Below are positions 10,501-15,287 of a DNA stretch of 15,287 nucleotides, piece by piece. Every line of letters starts with the position of its first letter. Positions within the stretch are counted from its first letter, which is position 1. A model generated the notes under the pieces. The model was not told where the DNA came from and did not search any database. It worked only from the letters and a program-made list of their open reading frames with translations. The stretch is from Paraspadella gotoi (taxonomy: Eukaryota; Animalia; Chaetognatha), in assembly GCA_051294375.1 (NCBI GenBank), contig JBJCIZ010000509.1:1-15287 (forward strand), in the 5' to 3' direction. The position numbers and the translations under genes were made by a program.

Positions 10501-10735
10501 CCCGCCAAAGGTAACGATTTTTGCTCCTAATCCTAGCAGTCGGAGAGTGATGGTTCGCAGAGAGTCCTTCCGCGTTTTCGACGGTGGTGGGGCGGAGCCT
10601 ATGCAGGAGGAGGTCGAGGCGCAGATGCAGAAGGCAGCTTGCCATACACAAGACAGGATAGCAGGAACGAGGCGAGATCTATGCAGCAGAAAACACCCCG
10701 GCATTATAAAACGACACACACACCACACACTACAC
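10501..10735 (+). CDS. Weak candidate internal exon (PPKVTIFAPNPSS...MQEEVEAQMQKAA...HTLH)
   Basis: Pyrimidine tract 10468-10495 and TAG acceptor ending at 10500. One frame is open (part of ORF 10445-10747) to a CAC|GTAATC donor at 10736. No homology recognised. Confidence 0.15.
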
Positions 10736-10852
10736 GTAATCGCCTAAACAAACAAATGGATGGCATCTCTTCTTGCCAAGAGCCGATTAAAAGCAGTACT
10801 GCTTCGTAAGCGAGCAAAATAAAAAAAGCCATATAAAAATAGATAACTATAC

Positions 10853-11140
10853 AGAGAGAGAGCAGCAGCAGAGAAGACGAGAGACGAGCAGAAAGAGCAC
10901 GAGGAGAGACGACGAGAGACGATGAGAGGAGCAGAGAGAGAGAGATGACTTCGGACGAGCAGCAGAGAAGAGAGAGAAACGAGATGAGGGTGATGAGAGC
11001 AGAGAAAAGAGAGAGAGGAGAGAAAAGCAGAGAGGCAGAGAAAAAAGAAAAGAAGAGCCAAGAAGGGTGTGGGAAGCCCCTTGACTTCCACAAAAAAAAA
11101 ACAGCAAAAAGAGAGAGAGCAGAGAAAAGAGAGAGAGAAA
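10853..11140 (+). repeat. Degenerate GA-rich block with an exact 23-bp direct repeat
   Basis: GAGAGCAGAGAAAAGAGAGAGAG at 10995-11017 and 11115-11137, 120 bp apart. Confidence 0.85.
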
Positions 11141-13970
11141 TTGCCCCCAGGAATTGCATGGCATTCGCAGAAGCTGCACCTCTTGGTCTGCCAGTGAGGC
11201 ATGGTCTGCTTCTGGCATTGCCACTTCGAGGACACGAAAGCAGCAACGAGAAAGGAGCGGGGAGGGGGGTTGGGAGACTGGAGAGGGTTGGGCGGTAGAA
11301 GAGGCGCCAGGCCGCCTGTTCTGCGTAATTGAAAGAGATATTCGATCCGGTGGGAGCGTCGATATGTAGCGTATGAGAGGCAAATGTTACTTCTTTGACA
11401 TTAAGGAAGCGTAGGAAGTAAAAGCTATAGATTATATTCGTTAGAAATAGTAGCTCACCAAGCAAAAAAGCGTCAAATAAACTTGATGGTGTTTGCGTGA
11501 ATGAAAATTCAAAAAGAGGGATGACTTTTAGGGCGTTTTAATAAAAAAGTCTGTTGTATTATGATAGCCCTATAAGTTAGATACAGCCTGAAGCGTCTCG
11601 CCAAGTACTCCATTACTATATCCAAAGTTCTCGCAAAGTACCTCTAATTATTACCAGTAGATTTATCAGACGAGCTAACTCTTTTTAAGTCTCTTGCCAA
11701 GCGTATTTGCAATATATGAACGTATTAATTATTAAAAGTAGGCAATCATAATATAGATAATAAATAAAACTAAAAATATAAAAAAAACTGAGAGATATAC
11801 ATAGATATGATTTTGATACAAATTTAATGTGCTGCGCCAAAAAAAATTTAAAAAAAGCGTTATTTGATTAAAAAAAAATCAAGAGCGTTAATTGTTTTCA
11901 TTAAGAATTCGCCCCCTAAAAAAAAAGCCGTTTAACGGAGTTAAGCGTGAGTATTAAGCCGCGATGATTTAGAAAGGGTTACAAGCAAAAATAAAGGTTT
12001 TAAGTCTGCGGCGCCGGGCTTTTTAACGGTTCAATTGGCGGTTAAAAACAGTGCTAGTCTTACCGCCAATAAACTCATGTGCCAACCAAAACCCAAAAAA
12101 ACGCGCCCATTTATAACTTTATATTCCATATGACCTTCCCATAAGAATATTTTTTTAAATTTATATAAGCAAAGATAAAATTTGCAAAAAAAATAAATCA
12201 ATGCTATAAGTTTTTATCAAATCAGTTGACAGTTTAAGAGATATAATTTTTTTAAACGTTGAGTTGCTTCCAAATTTAAAAAGCGGAAAATCGAATATTA
12301 TTCCAAAAGCCTTTAGAATCATTAAATATTATTTATTTTTAATAATTTTGAAATTATTATTATTAAAGATTTTTGTCAATCCAATTATACTACCTATCCC
12401 CCGATATCTCTGCTAATTTTTAAATTTGAATATATTATAAAAAATATAGATATTACCGAAAAAAATTCTAATTTAAATAAAATCACATTTTTGAAAGGTT
12501 CAGCCTTTGTCAAAGTAAATTTACTTCAATTTTTAAAAATTTACTGCTTGTAACCAAAATTCATTATACTAAAACTTTTCATTTATTCAATAAATTTGAA
12601 TTTACTTTTGAGAGCCGAGACATTGCTATTTTGCACTATCTTATTAAAAATTTACTTTAAAAGTTATTTTTTTTTTTTAAATTCTAAATGATACAGAGTG
12701 ATTTTAGATGGCTGGCTTTAAAGTGCGCCCACTTTTTTTGCCACCATGACTTACATTAAACATAAATATTTATCAAACGTTATCAAAGTCAACTTTAAGA
12801 AGCTAATTTTACCAAAAGTAATTTCACTTTTCGATTGGTTGTAAATAACCAATGATTCATATCGATTCACTTAATTAGTATAAAACGCGTGCATTACTTT
12901 TTGTAATCCGAATCTTTCATAATAAAATATGCAAAATTGAGAAAATAACAGCAAATGAATCACCCAATCGATTCCATGATCACTCATCTCCATCACTGTT
13001 TGGCCGTCATTCGCTAATTAACGATACAATTAGAGCATTAATGAATATAAAAAAAAGTATTCATAGTTTGCTGAGATGATTCAGTACCGCGCATCTGTCA
13101 TCCGCGATCCGAGCGATTTTACATTCGGCAGACTCGAAGGTTTTGCGCCGAAGCAACGACGCGTGCCCGTGGGTGTCGAGCGAACCACGTCGCACTCATT
13201 CACTCCCTTAATCAGCGAATACTCATCACTTTAGCAATCTAAATGATTCTCCTATCACCACTCACCGAGCCCTCCTTTTAAATCAGCAATACTAGGTTTG
13301 ACCCTTATTTTGCGTTACAATTTCAAATAAACTTTTACGTTTTTTACCAGGTATTGATCTGTTTATTATGCTTTACTCCATCAGCAATGATTCTGTGTTT
13401 TTTTAACACCACAAGCATTCCTCGCCTTTTTTGGCGGGCCTCACTGTTTCTTACAGCATTGTATATTCAAATCAGCCCATAATTAAATATAGGTTTCTAA
13501 AGTACACAGCAATGCATTTTTTTTTTCGTTTAAAATTATTTATAACAGTATTTGACACGCCGGAATCATTCTTTTTAAATTAAATCTCTTGCTTCTTTTT
13601 ATGCTATCATCGATGTCTATATTTATTCTCAATTACTCCGTTGAATCATCATTTAATCATTCGAAAATATCCATCGCCTTGCATTCCAACCGGGAATGAT
13701 TGAATTACTCATCAGTCATCACTCTTCAAGCGCATCTGAATCAGCCCAAAGTGTCAATTGCATTGATGACATTTAAAATAACAGTCTTATATCATCATGA
13801 ATTAAAGTATAGTGGCGACCTTTTATTATTAATACAGTTTAAATCGCGGAAATCGTAAACAAGGTTCAAATAAAATGGGCGATAATGTCGACTGCTGGAA
13901 CAGGTCGTTCGCCGACGCAACCGATGCTCCTTTAAAATATTATATATAAATCTTATATGATATATAAAAA

Positions 13971-14020
13971 TATAATTATATATAATTATATTATATTATA
14001 TATAATTATATATAATTATA
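13971..14020. repeat. Tandem array of 5 x 10 bp of the palindromic unit TATAATTATA
   Basis: Units at 13971, 13981, 14001 and 14011 are perfect. The central unit at 13991 is TTATATTATA. Confidence 0.92.
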
Positions 14021-14185
14021 CCGTGTCCGAACGAAAATTTTTCAAAAGGACGAGAAAAACGTAAACGATCGTAGAAACTTAATTTAAAAACTTAACTGGA
14101 AAGAGGATCGAGAGAAAGAAAAACAACGTACGACGTCGATCGAAGACTCGAGGAGATTTTGATCGTTAAACTTTGGCGAGAAAGT

Positions 14186-14203
14186 AAAAAAAAAAAAAAA
14201 AAA
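14186..14203 (+). repeat. Poly(A)18 run
   Basis: Counted directly. A further A15 run lies at 14528-14542. Confidence 0.95.
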
Positions 14204-14408
14204 CAATAATAATAAATCCAGACAGAAAAACTATTTTCCCACGTCGAATAAAGCATTAATTTCTTTTATGAAAAAAATTATTTTCCTTTTTTATTTTTTG
14301 GTTCGAAATTGAAAAAAAAAGAATTTGGGAGACGAAAAAAGAATCGAAGTGAGAAAAGCGAGAGACGAGAGACGAGGACGGATTCCGAGCAGATGGCAAA
14401 GCGAGGAA

Positions 14409-14471
14409 GACGACGACGACGACGACGAGCACGACGATGACGTATACCAAGGACGACGACGACGACGACGA
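14409..14471 (+). repeat. Interrupted (GAC)n microsatellite
   Basis: Two (GAC)6 runs starting at 14409 and 14452, with degenerate units between them. Confidence 0.92.
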
Positions 14472-14592
14472 GACTGCAAGGAGAGCCGACCGTCGAAAAA
14501 AGCTTAAGACTTTTGACGAAAAAGAACAAAAAAAAAAAAAAACGTAGATGCGTTTCTCGGTTTCGCGTGTCGACGATTTACGGAAGCGTGCA

Positions 14593-14619
14593 CGTGCGAG
14601 CGTGCGAGAGTGCGAGCGT
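14593..14619 (+). repeat. 8-bp tandem repeat (CGTGCGAG, about 3.4 copies)
   Basis: cgtgcgag cgtgcgag agtgcgag cgt. Confidence 0.75.
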
Positions 14620-14762
14620 ATCGTGCATGCGCGGTAATGTGAAGGGCAGGGTCGGTGCACCCATGAGTCTATCGAGGGTGAAGGTCATGCGCGGGGCTCC
14701 AACACTTTTATCCTCTCAGGGTCGCTTTTGAAAGGTCTCATTCACGAAGAGATATGAGAAAA

Positions 14763-14786
14763 AGAGAGAGAGAGAGAGAGAGAGAG
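14763..14786 (+). repeat. (AG)12 microsatellite within a GA-rich tract extending to about 14835
   Basis: Counted directly. Confidence 0.95.
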
Positions 14787-14956
14787 AAGAGACCCGACGG
14801 AGGAGGAAGAGAGAAGAGAGACAGTGAAAGAGAGATCGAATTCGCATTCGCGTGTCATCTGATTCCTTACAACTTACGTAAATATCTATTATCTCAGCAA
14901 ATGTAACGGCCATATATTCCGAAAGCGCCCAATTTTAGCTTAAATTTAGAATAAAT

Positions 14957-15114
14957 NNNNNNNNNNNNNNNNNNNNNNNNNNNNNNNNNNNNNNNNNNNN
15001 NNNNNNNNNNNNNNNNNNNNNNNNNNNNNNNNNNNNNNNNNNNNNNNNNNNNNNNNNNNNNNNNNNNNNNNNNNNNNNNNNNNNNNNNNNNNNNNNNNNN
15101 NNNNNNNNNNNNNN
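14957..15114. other. Assembly gap, 158 N
   Basis: Run of N bases. Confidence 0.99.
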
Positions 15115-15148
15115 GTTTACTGATCAGAATATTGGTTAAAGATAATCA

Positions 15149-15267
15149 TTAGGTTAGGAGATAAGGTTAGGGATTGGATTATGGTTAAGATTTATGGTAA
15201 AGTATTAAATTAAGTACTAAAATATTGGAGTTAAATTTTAAAATTTAAATTTCGTTCAGGGATTAGG
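15149..15267 (+). repeat. C-poor tract with degenerate TTAGG(G)-like units
   Basis: TTAGG at 15149, 15154 and 15263, TAAGG at 15162, TTAGGG at 15167. Only one C in 15148-15252. Confidence 0.45.
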
Positions 15268-15287
15268 AACAGAAATAGGGCGCTTTC

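Noticed and set aside
9920-11465. Long overlapping minus-strand ORFs (up to 253 aa) rich in Leu/Ser/Phe, resembling membrane proteins
   Set aside because: They are the reverse complement of GA-rich tracts, which rarely create stops. Several frames are open at once and no domain is recognisable.
14256-14731. ORFs with poly-Asp, poly-Arg, poly-Ser or poly-Val
   Set aside because: Translations of the (GAC)n microsatellite in different frames.
1-15287. CRISPR array, rRNA, tRNA, transposase or reverse transcriptase, prokaryotic defence operon
   Set aside because: No regularly spaced 23-47 bp repeats, no conserved rRNA or tRNA signatures, no catalytic motifs in any listed ORF, and coding density far too low for a prokaryotic or phage locus. 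This was a by-eye search, so diverged remnants could be missed.

Overview
No gene, RNA gene, transposase, CRISPR array or operon is recognisable in this window. It reads as eukaryote-like, essentially non-coding DNA. It is a patchwork of very AT-rich blocks (10-13% GC in sampled 60-mers at 5281, 6601 and 12421) and CpG-rich blocks (70-77% GC at 5941 and 8221), with GA-, C-, GAC- and TA-rich low-complexity tracts and a 158-N scaffold gap (14957-15114). The listed ORFs are explained by high GC or strand-biased low complexity. The best gene-like signal is at the right end of the 7380-8460 GC island: two in-frame Kozak ATGs, a GTGAGT donor and a 63-nt poly-T/AG intron. Weaker exon candidates lie at 155-208, 6052-6196 (minus strand) and 10501-10735. 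I found no evidence for a new biological system. The most unusual property is the abrupt compositional mosaicism, so a chimeric, mis-assembled or synthetic origin should be excluded first.
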